A stretch of DNA of 64,000 nucleotides from contig JAIRON010000003.1 of the NCBI GenBank assembly GCA_031257495.1, forward strand, positions 2,980 through 66,979, written 5' to 3'. The notes beneath the pieces were generated by a model. The model made no database searches and had not been told where the DNA came from. It saw only the letters and a program-made list of their open reading frames with translations. The DNA is from Puniceicoccales bacterium (GTDB taxonomy: Bacteria; Verrucomicrobiota; Verrucomicrobiia; Opitutales; JAIRKQ01). The translations under genes were made by a program, and so were the position numbers. Positions 32,158 to 42,001 of this stretch are shown here, piece by piece (the stretch's first letter is position 1; each line of letters opens with the position of its first letter).

Positions 32158-32766
32158 ATGTCACGTTACACAGGACCAAGAGCAAGGATCAATAGGCGTT
32201 TTGCCCAATCAATTTTTACGCCGGGAAATGCGGAGGAGCGCAAGCCGTACATTCCAGGAATGCATGGTCCACGGTTGCATCGCAAGGCATCGGAGTATGC
32301 CATTGGTTTAAACGAAAAGCAGAAAGCGCGCTACACCTATGGCATGTCTGAAAAGCAATTCAGATTGGCCTTCAATAAGGCAAAAAATACAAAGGGTGTT
32401 ACGGGGACGCTTTTTCTGCGTTCTCTCGAGCTTAGATTAGACAGCGTCGTGTATAACTTGGGGCTCGCCAAAAGTCGCGCGGCGGCGAGGCAATTTGTAA
32501 CTCACGGCCATATCTTGGTTAATGGCAAAAAAGTTGATATCCCCAGTTATTTATGCTCAGCTGGGGACATAGTCGAGGTTGCCAATCGCGCTCATTCTCG
32601 CCAATTAGCAGTTAATAACATTGAGATGACGCGTTTTAGGAATGCACCAATGTGGCTGGAGTTTAATTCGACGCTCATGAAAGGAACAGTCAATCGTCTG
32701 CCGGAACGCGACGAAATCACCAAAGACATAAATGAACAATTGATCGTTGAGTTTTATAGCCGTTAG
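32158..32766 (+). CDS. rpsD: 30S ribosomal protein S4
   Basis: I trimmed the start to ATG 32158 (MSRYTGPRARINRR). S4 RNA-binding domain present. Confidence 0.95.
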   Translation: MSRYTGPRARINRRFAQSIFTPGNAEERKPYIPGMHGPRLHRKASEYAIGLNEKQKARYTYGMSEKQFRLAFNKAKNTKGVTGTLFLRSLELRLDSVVYNLGLAKSRAAARQFVTHGHILVNGKKVDIPSYLCSAGDIVEVANRAHSRQLAVNNIEMTRFRNAPMWLEFNSTLMKGTVNRLPERDEITKDINEQLIVEFYSR

Positions 32767-32781
32767 TTTTAAGGAAGTTTT

Positions 32782-33774
32782 ATGGTCAAGCGATTAGGAA
32801 AGTTTGAACTACCAAATAAGTTGGCAAAAGTCGAACAGACAGCGACGGACACCTATACGATGTTCGTTGCAGAGCCCTTTGAAGTAGGATTTGCACATGG
32901 CATAGGCAATGCTCTACGTCGCATACTTATGAGTTCCATAGAGGGAGCTGCCGTCGTTTCCCTTGAAATCGATGGCGTCAATCACGAATTTCAAAGCATA
33001 GCCGGAGTAGTCGAGGATGTCACAGGCATAATCCTCAATATCAAGCGAGTTTTGTTTAAGATGGAAGGCAGGGGAAATATGGTTCTAAATATCGACGTTA
33101 CCCGGGAAGGGGAAGTGTTGGCCAGCGATATAACTGGTGAAGAGGGATTTTCTGTTTTAAATCCAGACCAGATAATTTGTACGCTGGATAACAAGCAAAG
33201 GTTTTCAGCTAGATTGGAACTGCAGGTTGGCCGCGGATATTTACTCGGCAATCAGCATCCTCGCCGCGCTGAGATTGGTCTTTTGCCCGTTGATGCAATG
33301 TTTAGCCCTGTTAAGCTCGCCCGCTATTCGGTAGCGGATACGCGCGTTGGACAAATGACTGACTATGACAAGCTGGTTTTGGAGGTTTGGACCGATGGGC
33401 GCGTCACTCCGGCAAACGCACTGAAGGAAGCTTCAGCCATTCTTAAATATCACATGGCGATATTTGATGGCGTAGCCGATGAGGAGATTAAATTTGACGA
33501 TATGGCAAAGGAAGTGGACGAAGAGCAAAACCGTCTAAGAAAGTTGCTCAACATGAGCGTGAATGAGATTGAATTGTCCGTTCGTGCGGCAAATTGCTTA
33601 AACAATGCCAACATAATGACTGTCGGCGAACTGACTTCAAAGACCGAAGGCGACATGCTGCGTTACAGAAATTTTGGGAAAAAATCTCTCAACGAGATCA
33701 AGGGAAAACTCGAGGAACTTGGCTTGTCTTTGGGCATGAAACTCGATGTTGGCTTGTTAAATCGGCCTGTTTGA
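32782..33774 (+). CDS. rpoA: DNA-directed RNA polymerase subunit alpha
   Basis: 330 aa. The C-terminal domain contains ELSVRAANCLNNANIMTVGEL. Confidence 0.97.
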   Translation: MVKRLGKFELPNKLAKVEQTATDTYTMFVAEPFEVGFAHGIGNALRRILMSSIEGAAVVSLEIDGVNHEFQSIAGVVEDVTGIILNIKRVLFKMEGRGNMVLNIDVTREGEVLASDITGEEGFSVLNPDQIICTLDNKQRFSARLELQVGRGYLLGNQHPRRAEIGLLPVDAMFSPVKLARYSVADTRVGQMTDYDKLVLEVWTDGRVTPANALKEASAILKYHMAIFDGVADEEIKFDDMAKEVDEEQNRLRKLLNMSVNEIELSVRAANCLNNANIMTVGELTSKTEGDMLRYRNFGKKSLNEIKGKLEELGLSLGMKLDVGLLNRPV

Positions 33775-33799
33775 TTTGAATAGAATTTGAGGAATGTAA

Positions 33800-34297
33800 A
33801 TGCGTCACGGTAAACATCGATTTTCTTTAGGGTGTAAAAAGGAGCACCGCGAGGCGTTGATGGCAAATTTGGCTTCTGCGTTGTTTGAACACGGTAAAAT
33901 TAATACAACTTTGGCTAAGGCCAAGGCCCTGCGCCCGTTTGCTGAAAAACTAATAACCATGTCCGTTAGGGCGCATAAATCCACGGACACTGCGGAGAAG
34001 TTGCACTATAGGCGGTTAGTTATTTCCCGCATTCGCAGTGAATCTGCCGCAAAGGAACTTTTCGATGTGAAAGCGGTCGAGTTTGTTAGCAGGCACGGTG
34101 GTTATACGCGCATCTACAAGCTTGTTCCGCGCATAGGGGACGCTGCCAAAATGGCGGTAATTGAGTTGATATATGCCGATGATAAGGGATATTCCAAATC
34201 TCGTCGAGGGAAAAAGAAGGCGGCAAAACAAAACAAGCCGGCTGAAGTGGGGCCAAACGAATCCGAAAAGAGTGAAAGCAGTAAAGTAGCTGCTTAG
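33800..34297 (+). CDS. rplQ: 50S ribosomal protein L17 (basic/acidic C-terminal tail)
   Basis: Starts MRHGKHRFSLG and contains GGYTRIYKL. Confidence 0.95.
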   Translation: MRHGKHRFSLGCKKEHREALMANLASALFEHGKINTTLAKAKALRPFAEKLITMSVRAHKSTDTAEKLHYRRLVISRIRSESAAKELFDVKAVEFVSRHGGYTRIYKLVPRIGDAAKMAVIELIYADDKGYSKSRRGKKKAAKQNKPAEVGPNESEKSESSKVAA

Positions 34298-34334
34298 TTA
34301 CAATATTTTTAAATATGCGCATAACTGATTGCTA

Positions 34335-34544
34335 ATGAGCTTGTTATCGTTTATTGTTTTATTCGCAGCATTATTCATTTTTTTTGTTTTATTTTTCGAA
34401 TGGAAAAACGATGCTTCCTGTGTCATATCTTCTAAATTCAGCAAGGTGCTGTGGTGCAAGTACTGTGACCGTCTAGAGATTGGTGAAGGAGTGGAAAAGT
34501 TGTGTTCCCGTTGCGGAAACACGTGCATATTAATCAAGTTTTGA
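34335..34544 (+). CDS. Small membrane-anchored zinc-ribbon protein (hypothetical)
   Basis: 69 aa from ATG 34335. N-terminal TM helix (SLLSFIVLFAALFIFFVLFF) followed by CKYC-x12-CSRC. The stop lies 3 nt before nadK. Confidence 0.45.
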   Translation: MSLLSFIVLFAALFIFFVLFFEWKNDASCVISSKFSKVLWCKYCDRLEIGEGVEKLCSRCGNTCILIKF

Positions 34545-34547
34545 AGA

Positions 34548-35330
34548 ATGTTTCGCAGGTTTGCAGTTGTGGTAAATGCATCAAAAGCCGGTGCTCTACC
34601 TTTCGCAAAAATGCTTAAAACTCAGCTTGAAAAAGATGGTATCGATGTACGAATTTTTGCCGAATACCCACTCGATGAAAATGTTCTATGCAAGTTTGAC
34701 CTCATTGTAACTGTTGGCGGTGACGGAACGATCCTGGGAATAGCGGGTACGGCGGCTAAATTTGAGATACCTGTTTTCGCTGTAAATCATGGGGAGATTG
34801 GTTTTTTATCAACGGCGGACCAAGAACATGCCTTGAACCGAATTGAAAATCTCAAGGAGAACAATTTTAAATTGTCGAGTCGGTCCATGCTGAGCGTTAG
34901 CCTAAATGGAACGCAATACCCGGCCTTAAATGACGTCGTTATTCGCAGTAAAAATTGCGTTCGCTTGATAAAGTTAGCAGCCCATTTTAATGGAAATTTG
35001 GTATCTGAGTATCGTGCCGATGGGCTTATAGTATCTTCACCGACCGGATCCACGGCATACAATTTTTCCGCCGGCGGGCCAATCGTTTACCCCGCTTTCG
35101 ATTGCCTAATATTGACACCCATATGCCAACACGATCGCCATACGCGTTCCCTTGTTTTGCCGGGTTTCGGAGAACTAACCATAGCTGAAATTGGTGATGA
35201 ATTTGCAATTTACTGTGACGGCAATTTGGTTAATCACGGCAATGAAATAACTATCACAATTTCTGAAAAAAAACTTCACCTCATAGAAGCGGAGCTGTCA
35301 TTTTTCGATATCCTACGAAGAAAATTATAA
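34548..35330 (+). CDS. nadK: NAD(+) kinase
   Basis: Contains the GGDGT motif and SSPTGSTAYNFSAGGPIV. Confidence 0.93.
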   Translation: MFRRFAVVVNASKAGALPFAKMLKTQLEKDGIDVRIFAEYPLDENVLCKFDLIVTVGGDGTILGIAGTAAKFEIPVFAVNHGEIGFLSTADQEHALNRIENLKENNFKLSSRSMLSVSLNGTQYPALNDVVIRSKNCVRLIKLAAHFNGNLVSEYRADGLIVSSPTGSTAYNFSAGGPIVYPAFDCLILTPICQHDRHTRSLVLPGFGELTIAEIGDEFAIYCDGNLVNHGNEITITISEKKLHLIEAELSFFDILRRKL

Positions 35331-37574
35331 CCGTTTCAATGCCTGAATCAGGCCAGTTAGTCGGGTGTCGGTTTTGTTGTTTTTTACGGCGATGACGTAG
35401 GCATCCATGTCACCGACCATAAATACCTTGTTTTTGCCACGCGTAATTGCGGTGTAAATCAAGTTACGCTGAAGCATGATGAAATGTTGCTTTAAAAGAG
35501 GGATGATCACCACCGGAAATTCACTCCCCTGGGACTTGTGAATGCTTATGGCATAGGCGAGAGAAAGATCGTTAATGTTTGCACGGGAAATGGTTACGGA
35601 TTCTTGGTTAAACTGCACTACAATTTCCTTGTCGTCACTGTTTATGTGCAAAATTCGGCCAGAATCGCCATTAAAGATACCCTTGTCGTAGTTATTTTTT
35701 GTTTGAATGACCTTGTCTCCAACTCTGAATTGTGTCCAATCCGTCCCGAAGGATCGATCGACGAAAGTGTCCTGCAAAAGTCTGTTCAGTGAATCTGTCC
35801 CAACCGTGCCTTTGTGCATTGGGACGAGGATTTGCACATCGTTGATCGGATCGATGTTATACCATTGTGGGATATATTTTTTACAAAGAGAGACGACTTT
35901 TTCGGCACAATCTTCGGGATTTGAAGCCAATAAAAAGTGCACATCTCGGTGAGGATCCAGCTGCGAAACTTGGTGAACGGCATGATACGGAAAGTTAATA
36001 TCATCGTTGCGGATCGCATAGGCAATTGCAACGATATCACTGCAATCCTCTTGGCGGAAAATTTTGTTTAGCCGTGAAACCGTAAAAATTTGCGAATTTA
36101 TTAGATCATTCAGGACGTTGCCGGGACCGACTGATGGCAATTGATCAATGTCGCCGACAAACATGATGGCAGTTTTGCTTGATATGGCACGGATTAGCGA
36201 CGCTGCCAAATACGTGTCTATCATGCTGGCCTCGTCAATAATTATATAATCCACATCCAATTGATTTTCATCGTTGAACAAAAATTTGCGCTCACCGGGG
36301 TTATATTGGAGCAGGCGGTGTATGGTTTTTGCCTCCAGTCCTGTCGTTTCAAATAGCCGTTGAGCAGCTCGGCCCGTTGGTGCACACAGTGCAATTTTGG
36401 TATGTTTTGCTGATAAAATCGCCACCAATGCGCGGAGAATTGTTGTTTTTCCCGTGCCGGGACCACCGGTGATGATGTTCAACTTTGTGCTGAGGGAGGC
36501 GCAAAGCGCTTTAACCTGTGCATCGTCGAACACGAAACCTTCTCGGCTTTGTGCCCATTTTATCGCACTTTCAACGTCAAGTTTGGGGACGGAACAGTGG
36601 TCATCGGAGGCAATATTTCGCAGCGCATGGGCAATGTTATTTTCGGCGTTGCGTACGGTTGACAGCTGCAAAATGCTTGGTTCAATTTCAAAAATTTGGC
36701 CAAAAGAGAGCATGTTCCCTAGGCGAGCTTCGATCCTATCCGACGAAATTTTAAGTAAAATTTGCGTGTTGCGTATTAGGGTTTCCCTTGCTGCGCACGT
36801 GTGCCCATCGTTCTCCATTTCGCTGAAAACGTGCAGAATACCAGCTTCAATGCGGGAAAAATGTGTTTCCGGAATACCTATATTTTTTGCGATGCGGTCC
36901 GCTGTTTTAAAGCCAATACCGGAGACTTCCTTTGCCACCCGATATGGGTCCGTTTCCAGAATTTCCCTCGCTCGCTCGCCATACATATCGTATAGGCGCG
37001 TACACATTGCATTTGAAATTTCATAAGTTTGCAAAAAAATCATGATGTCGCGGATAGCGAATTGCTGGTTCCACGCCGCCCTGATTTTTTCTGCACGCTG
37101 TCTGCCAATTCCCTCTATTTCGAGCAGGCGAGCGGACTCAGTTGATAGAACACTGAATGTGTTTTTCCCAAAATGGTCCACTATTTTTTTTGCGTAAACT
37201 TTTCCAATACCATCGATTAGCCCGCTTCCCAAGTAACGGCGAATCCCTTTGATGTCCGATGGAAGTTTGGATTCAATTTTAGAAAAACTAAACTGTTGGC
37301 CGTGTTTTTCATGCTTTGACCATAGTCCATGCACCTCGATAATTTCACCGCATTGCACATTGGGCATTAGCCCACAAATCGTTGCACTTGAACCATTTTC
37401 GAGCTTTAGTTCGGCGACAGCATAGCCGTTGCCGTCATTTCTGTAAATGATTTTTTCCAAGCTACCGAACAGCACCTCCTCACCACCATTGCCCCCATCG
37501 GGCTGGGTATTAATTTCTTTCACAGAAATGCTTGCTGATTGTTGGTTGTCGCTGCGAGGCCAATTTTTTGCCAA
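35325..37574 (-). CDS. recD2: RecD2-type SF1 DNA helicase (RecD/TraA family)
   Basis: 749 aa. N-terminal HhH-like region, Walker A GGPGTGKTT, and a C-terminal ...AYAISIHKSQGSEF helicase motif. Confidence 0.9.
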   Translation of the reverse strand: MAKNWPRSDNQQSASISVKEINTQPDGGNGGEEVLFGSLEKIIYRNDGNGYAVAELKLENGSSATICGLMPNVQCGEIIEVHGLWSKHEKHGQQFSFSKIESKLPSDIKGIRRYLGSGLIDGIGKVYAKKIVDHFGKNTFSVLSTESARLLEIEGIGRQRAEKIRAAWNQQFAIRDIMIFLQTYEISNAMCTRLYDMYGERAREILETDPYRVAKEVSGIGFKTADRIAKNIGIPETHFSRIEAGILHVFSEMENDGHTCAARETLIRNTQILLKISSDRIEARLGNMLSFGQIFEIEPSILQLSTVRNAENNIAHALRNIASDDHCSVPKLDVESAIKWAQSREGFVFDDAQVKALCASLSTKLNIITGGPGTGKTTILRALVAILSAKHTKIALCAPTGRAAQRLFETTGLEAKTIHRLLQYNPGERKFLFNDENQLDVDYIIIDEASMIDTYLAASLIRAISSKTAIMFVGDIDQLPSVGPGNVLNDLINSQIFTVSRLNKIFRQEDCSDIVAIAYAIRNDDINFPYHAVHQVSQLDPHRDVHFLLASNPEDCAEKVVSLCKKYIPQWYNIDPINDVQILVPMHKGTVGTDSLNRLLQDTFVDRSFGTDWTQFRVGDKVIQTKNNYDKGIFNGDSGRILHINSDDKEIVVQFNQESVTISRANINDLSLAYAISIHKSQGSEFPVVIIPLLKQHFIMLQRNLIYTAITRGKNKVFMVGDMDAYVIAVKNNKTDTRLTGLIQALKRL

Positions 37575-38554
37575 CCCTTTGCGGTTAACACGCGCCCTTG
37601 CTGCGTTCGCTGCAAGTATCCCTCTTGGATAAGGTAGGGCTCGTGCACATCCTCAACGGTTTGAACTTCCTCGCCCACCGCAATGGCGACCGTACCCAGG
37701 CCCACAGGGCCGCCGTTGTAATTTTGGCCGATGGTAGTAAGAATTTTTTTGTCCATATCGTCGAGCCCATCCCGGTCGATTTCAAGCATCTCCAGGGCAT
37801 CTCTGGCAACGCTCTGATCTGCAATGGGAAGTAGTTTCTGCTGCGTAAAATCCCGCACAAAGCGGAGCAAATTATTCGCAATTCTCGGCGTACCGCGGGA
37901 ACGATTGGCGATTTCTAGGGCACAGTCGTTGGTTATTTGCAAATTCAACAACGCGGCACTTCTTTTGATTATTTGGCATAGATCCTTGGCTGAATAATAA
38001 TCCAGCCTAGATTGCAGTGTAAATCGACTTCTCAGCGGTGCGCTTAGGAGGCCCGTGCGCGTCGTTGCGCCAACTAGTGTGAATGGTGGAATCGATAGAC
38101 TAACGCTGCGCGCATTTGGCCCTTGATCGATCATTATGTCGATTCTAAAATCCTCCATCGCCGAGTACAGGTACTCCTCTACTACGCGTGGCAGGCGATG
38201 AATTTCGTCGATAAACAAAATATCGGCACGCTCCAAGCCCGTCAGCAACCCGGCCAGGTCCGCTGCTCTTTCAATAACCGGCCCAGATGTGACCCGCACA
38301 TTGGAGTTCATTTCTTTTCCGAGAATTATGGCCAATGTGGTCTTGCCCAGACCCGGCGGCCCACAAAAAAGAATGTGGCTAAGTGCTTCCTTCCGCTTAA
38401 CCGCAGCGCCGGTCATGATTTTCAGCCGCTCCACGGTCTTACTTTGCCCAACAAAATCCAAAAAATCATGGGGCCGCAGCGTCTGTTCCCGCTCATCATT
38501 TGAGGCCTGATTTAAAATTTGTGGTATGTTGCTAACTTTCGCGCCGTTACTCAT
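37520..38554 (-). CDS. ruvB: Holliday junction branch migration helicase RuvB
   Basis: Contains GPPGLGKTTLA and FIDEIHRL; typical length of 344 aa. Confidence 0.96.
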   Translation of the reverse strand: MSNGAKVSNIPQILNQASNDEREQTLRPHDFLDFVGQSKTVERLKIMTGAAVKRKEALSHILFCGPPGLGKTTLAIILGKEMNSNVRVTSGPVIERAADLAGLLTGLERADILFIDEIHRLPRVVEEYLYSAMEDFRIDIMIDQGPNARSVSLSIPPFTLVGATTRTGLLSAPLRSRFTLQSRLDYYSAKDLCQIIKRSAALLNLQITNDCALEIANRSRGTPRIANNLLRFVRDFTQQKLLPIADQSVARDALEMLEIDRDGLDDMDKKILTTIGQNYNGGPVGLGTVAIAVGEEVQTVEDVHEPYLIQEGYLQRTQQGRVLTAKGWQKIGLAATTNNQQAFL

Positions 38555-38684
38555 TTTTCCAACGCTAAAGAAGTAGCAACCGGCAAAAACAAAACAAGAA
38601 ATTTATTCACAGGCAGCAAACAGCCTCATTGGTCGCACTTGTTACTTGCATTATTTTTCTCAATCCTTGATATTTGCCTCAAGT

Positions 38685-38761
38685 CGGGGCGTAGCTTAGT
38701 CTGGTAGAGCGCTATGTTAGGGACGTAGAGGTCGCTGGTTCGAATCCAGTCGCTCCGACCA
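38685..38761 (+). tRNA. tRNA-Pro with apparent anticodon AGG
   Basis: 77-nt cloverleaf folded by hand: CGGGGCG acceptor (Pro-like), anticodon stem CTATG/CGTAG, loop TTAGGGA (34-36 = AGG, G37), GGTTCGAATCC T-arm, encoded CCA. Confidence 0.85.
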
Positions 38762-39392
38762 CGCTTCTCAACTAGAGTAAGAGTTTTCAGGCAATTAGGG
38801 AAAAGCAAGGTAGATATTTGGGCGGAAAGTTCTAAATTTTTGGCAAGAGTACGCATGTGCATACCTCGCGTATTTTTATACAAGCAAAAAGAAACTACTC
38901 AATGAATGACTTTCATTTAAAAGCTCATTTTCAATATCTCCTCGATTCGATTAGAACAGATTGATGCCCTTTGGCAAAAGGGATAAAAGATTTTTAAATT
39001 AAAGAAGGAATTGCAAGGTAAGGGCGAAAGAAATGAAAGAAAAGAAGATGGCATTCAATTTATCAAAGCGGAGCGACACATTTATAGAATTTTAAACGGC
39101 AAAGGAGTCGTTCATAATAAACGTACAGGGTGCGATAGTATAGTATTTTTAATAAGCTTCTTGCCCACCGAATCATCATGCAATATTTTTTGGCTCCAAC
39201 CAAAAAAACGTTAGGAGGAAAAAATATTGGCAATCGGATACAGTTTAGTAATATAGCCGCCTCGGCATATTTTCAAGGACCAAGGTTTGTTTTTTATGAA
39301 CCAATACCACTGAAATACACCTTGATATTCATGCGCAAAACCTTTTCCTACTTCAGCTTCTTAAATACTTGTTCTAGTACCCATTTCTTGCT

Positions 39393-39452
39393 CTTTTCTT
39401 TTTTCCTGCCTTAACTTTGAATCTTCCCAGGAAAAGTTAGGAAAAAGAAAAG
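39393..39452. repeat. Imperfect inverted repeat (pyrimidine tract / purine tract)
   Basis: CTTTTCTTTTTTCCT (39393-39407) is complementary to AGGAAAAAGAAAAG (39439-39452) with one bulge, about 31 nt apart. Confidence 0.5.
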
Positions 39453-39540
39453 ACGGCGTTAATCTTAGTAATTTAAAAAATCTTTAGTTGTAATTTAACT
39501 CAAAGAGTTGCGAAATTCAAAGTTTCATGTCATTTCGTTG

Positions 39541-39587
39541 AAAAATTTGTAAAATCAACTTGATGGCTTTATAAAAATTTGTAAAAT
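39541..39587 (+). repeat. Two 15-bp direct repeats AAAAATTTGTAAAAT (period 32) upstream of the 39615 gene
   Basis: Exact copies at 39541-39555 and 39573-39587. The second contains the putative -10. Confidence 0.8.
39560..39587 (+). promoter_or_regulatory. Putative sigma70-type promoter of the 39615 gene
   Basis: TTGATG (39560-65), a 16-nt spacer, TAAAAT (39582-87), about 27 nt before the ATG. Confidence 0.4.
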
Positions 39588-39614
39588 AAGCTCTATTTCA
39601 ACAAAAGGCAAAGC

Positions 39615-40394
39615 ATGAGTTCTGTAACTATTATCCAACCAATTAGGCAGCACGACAATGAATCTCCCATAGCAATTGCACCCGAAACATCATCGATGCC
39701 AAATGGGAGCAACGATCCCGGGCCAAGAATTTCGCAAAGTACTATGCCCGAATCGCAAATCGGCGTGCCAAATAGGAAGGTTAATAGCGTAAATCTAAGC
39801 AACAGAAAGGGATCGTCGGGGCTTAAAACAACGGCAGCATTTTTAGCTGGCGGAGCTGCCGGCTTCGCAGGGAGAGATCTTTGCTCTGAAACAACACTCA
39901 TAGGCAGCAAAGCATTGCCCATAATGAAGCCCATCGGAAAAACGATTACATCCTGGGGAAGCTCCCTAATTAACGGAATATCAGCACATCCCTGCGCGTT
40001 AGTAGGAACCTTGGTTGGATGCGCAGTACTTGGTGTAGCCGTGCACTGCATGCGAAAATTCATAACTCCAAAGGTAAATATACCAAAAAAAATCAAGGAA
40101 CTTGCCAAAAGTCATCTTGGTAAGTCGGCAAAATTAATGGCAGATGCAAAAAACAACCCCGCATATAGGTTGTCAATGCGATCATTAATACTTAATAATT
40201 CCTCTTCTTCGTTGTTGTCTGGCCCTACCAATGCTATTTTATCTGATCCCTCAGCTCACTCCTCGGAATCAGATGACGACTTCTCTCTAGAACCACCCCA
40301 ATATCCCAAAGCAAGAGAAACTTTTCCAAAAATTTCCCCTAGAAATGATACGATAACCTCCAAGGCCTCATCCAAACTCCACAGTAAACCCTAG
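39615..40394 (+). CDS. Orphan membrane-associated protein (disordered Ser/Pro/Asn-rich ends, two central hydrophobic segments)
   Basis: 259-aa ORF. Hydrophobic segments are TTAAFLAGGAAGFAG and HPCALVGTLVGCAVLGVAVHCM. Termini are low-complexity. I recognise no family. Weak SD. Confidence 0.55.
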   Translation: MSSVTIIQPIRQHDNESPIAIAPETSSMPNGSNDPGPRISQSTMPESQIGVPNRKVNSVNLSNRKGSSGLKTTAAFLAGGAAGFAGRDLCSETTLIGSKALPIMKPIGKTITSWGSSLINGISAHPCALVGTLVGCAVLGVAVHCMRKFITPKVNIPKKIKELAKSHLGKSAKLMADAKNNPAYRLSMRSLILNNSSSSLLSGPTNAILSDPSAHSSESDDDFSLEPPQYPKARETFPKISPRNDTITSKASSKLHSKP

Positions 40395-40483
40395 GGCCTT
40401 CATCGGGGCAACTATCGTAAAGTGTTCAATGAAAATAAAACCGGATCTGAAAAAAACGGCAGTGTAGTGGGCTTACTATTTTT

Positions 40484-41938
40484 TCAAGCATATTTTCCGT
40501 GTGAGTCCAGGCTGTACTCGTAGACTTTCAGGTAAGCATTTGCCATTTTTTCCATAGAAAAATCCTTTTGCATTGCATATTTTTGCATCACCATAAAATC
40601 TTGCCTATGGTTGTAGTAGGTAGCGCAGGCCCAGCCAACCGAATTGTAGAGCGATTTATGATCTAGTTGATAGAAAACAAAGCCCGAACCACTGCGAGAT
40701 TGTGCATCGTAATTTTCGACGCTATCGCGCAGTCCACCGGTCGCGTGCACGATGGGCAAAGTACCGTACAGCATCGAATACATCTGGTTCATTCCACAGG
40801 GCTCATACCTACTCGGCATGAGAAAGCAGTCTGCACCGGCCTCAATCATGTGAGATAAAACATTGTCATAGCCAATTTTCACAGAAACACGGCCAGAATA
40901 ATTGCGTTCGTGAAATCTAAATCTAGTTTCCAAAGCCGGATCACCGGACCCTAGCAGCACAAATTGGATGTGTAAATTGTCCATCATTTTCGGCAAGATA
41001 TCACAAACAATATCCAGACCCTTTTGTTCGACTAACCTTGAAATAACACCAATCAGCAAAACATTTCCGTCCACATTTAAGCCCATTTTCTCTTGGAGAA
41101 CCAATTTACACTTTGCTTTTCCTTCCAGGTTTTCATGTGTAAATTTCGCAGGAATCAGAGGATCTTTTTCCGGCGACCAGACGTCGCCATCAACAGCGTT
41201 GCAGATACCAATCAAATCGGCGGCACGATAGGTCAGAAGATCGTTCAAGCCACACCCATGTGCCGGTGTTTTTATTTCACTGGCATAGCTCTGGCTAACT
41301 GTGGTAATCTTGTCTGTGTAGGAAAGCGCCCCTTTCATGATGTTAATCGCCCCCATGGCCTCCATTGCAAACGGGTGAAGTAATTTTTGAGGCAACCCAA
41401 CAAAATTCAATATCCCAGGAGGAGAATATCCCTGATGAGCTAAATTGTGAATCGTGAACACCGAGGCTGTTTCGCTCAACCGGTACACCCGTTGTTCGCG
41501 GAGCATGACTGGCAGCAAACCACTATGCCAATCGTGGGAATGCATGATGTGGGGAATCCAATCTGTGAAATCGCAAGCATCAATGACAACTCTGCTGAAA
41601 AAGCTAAAGCGCTCCCAGTTATCGCCGTACCCCTCTCCGTTTTCTCCATAAATTCCTTCGCGACCAAAATACTTTTCAAATTCAACGAACAAAAATTCAA
41701 CGCCGAAATTCACCGTTCTCCAAAGGCGACAAAATTCAATCCCATAGCCCATATTAACGATCATCGGCTGATCATAGGGAACCAAGTTTGCCCGATTTAT
41801 CGAAGCATAGAGCGGCAATATGACGCGCACTTCATGGCCAAGTTTAGCCACCGATCGGGCAATCGAAGAAACAGCATCCCCTAACCCACCCACTTTGGCA
41901 AAGGGCGCAGCTTCCGCACTGGCCAGCAATATTTTCAC
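40484..41938 (-). CDS. glgA: Glycogen synthase
   Basis: N-terminal motif KVGGLGDAV; 484 aa; GT5 architecture; GAGGAG SD before a GTG start. Confidence 0.94.
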   Translation of the reverse strand: MKILLASAEAAPFAKVGGLGDAVSSIARSVAKLGHEVRVILPLYASINRANLVPYDQPMIVNMGYGIEFCRLWRTVNFGVEFLFVEFEKYFGREGIYGENGEGYGDNWERFSFFSRVVIDACDFTDWIPHIMHSHDWHSGLLPVMLREQRVYRLSETASVFTIHNLAHQGYSPPGILNFVGLPQKLLHPFAMEAMGAINIMKGALSYTDKITTVSQSYASEIKTPAHGCGLNDLLTYRAADLIGICNAVDGDVWSPEKDPLIPAKFTHENLEGKAKCKLVLQEKMGLNVDGNVLLIGVISRLVEQKGLDIVCDILPKMMDNLHIQFVLLGSGDPALETRFRFHERNYSGRVSVKIGYDNVLSHMIEAGADCFLMPSRYEPCGMNQMYSMLYGTLPIVHATGGLRDSVENYDAQSRSGSGFVFYQLDHKSLYNSVGWACATYYNHRQDFMVMQKYAMQKDFSMEKMANAYLKVYEYSLDSHGKYA

Positions 41939-42001
41939 CGCTCCTCATTATGTGCCCTAAACACTGCGATGACAACGGAAAATTTCACCGGTCTCGCTAA
42001 T

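Noticed and set aside
39593-40108. 171-aa minus-strand ORF overlapping the 39615..40394 gene.
   Set aside because: The plus-strand ORF is longer (259 aa) and has a plausible TTGATG-16-TAAAAT promoter. The minus ORF would run into the promoter region and has no SD. I kept the plus-strand call, with only moderate confidence.
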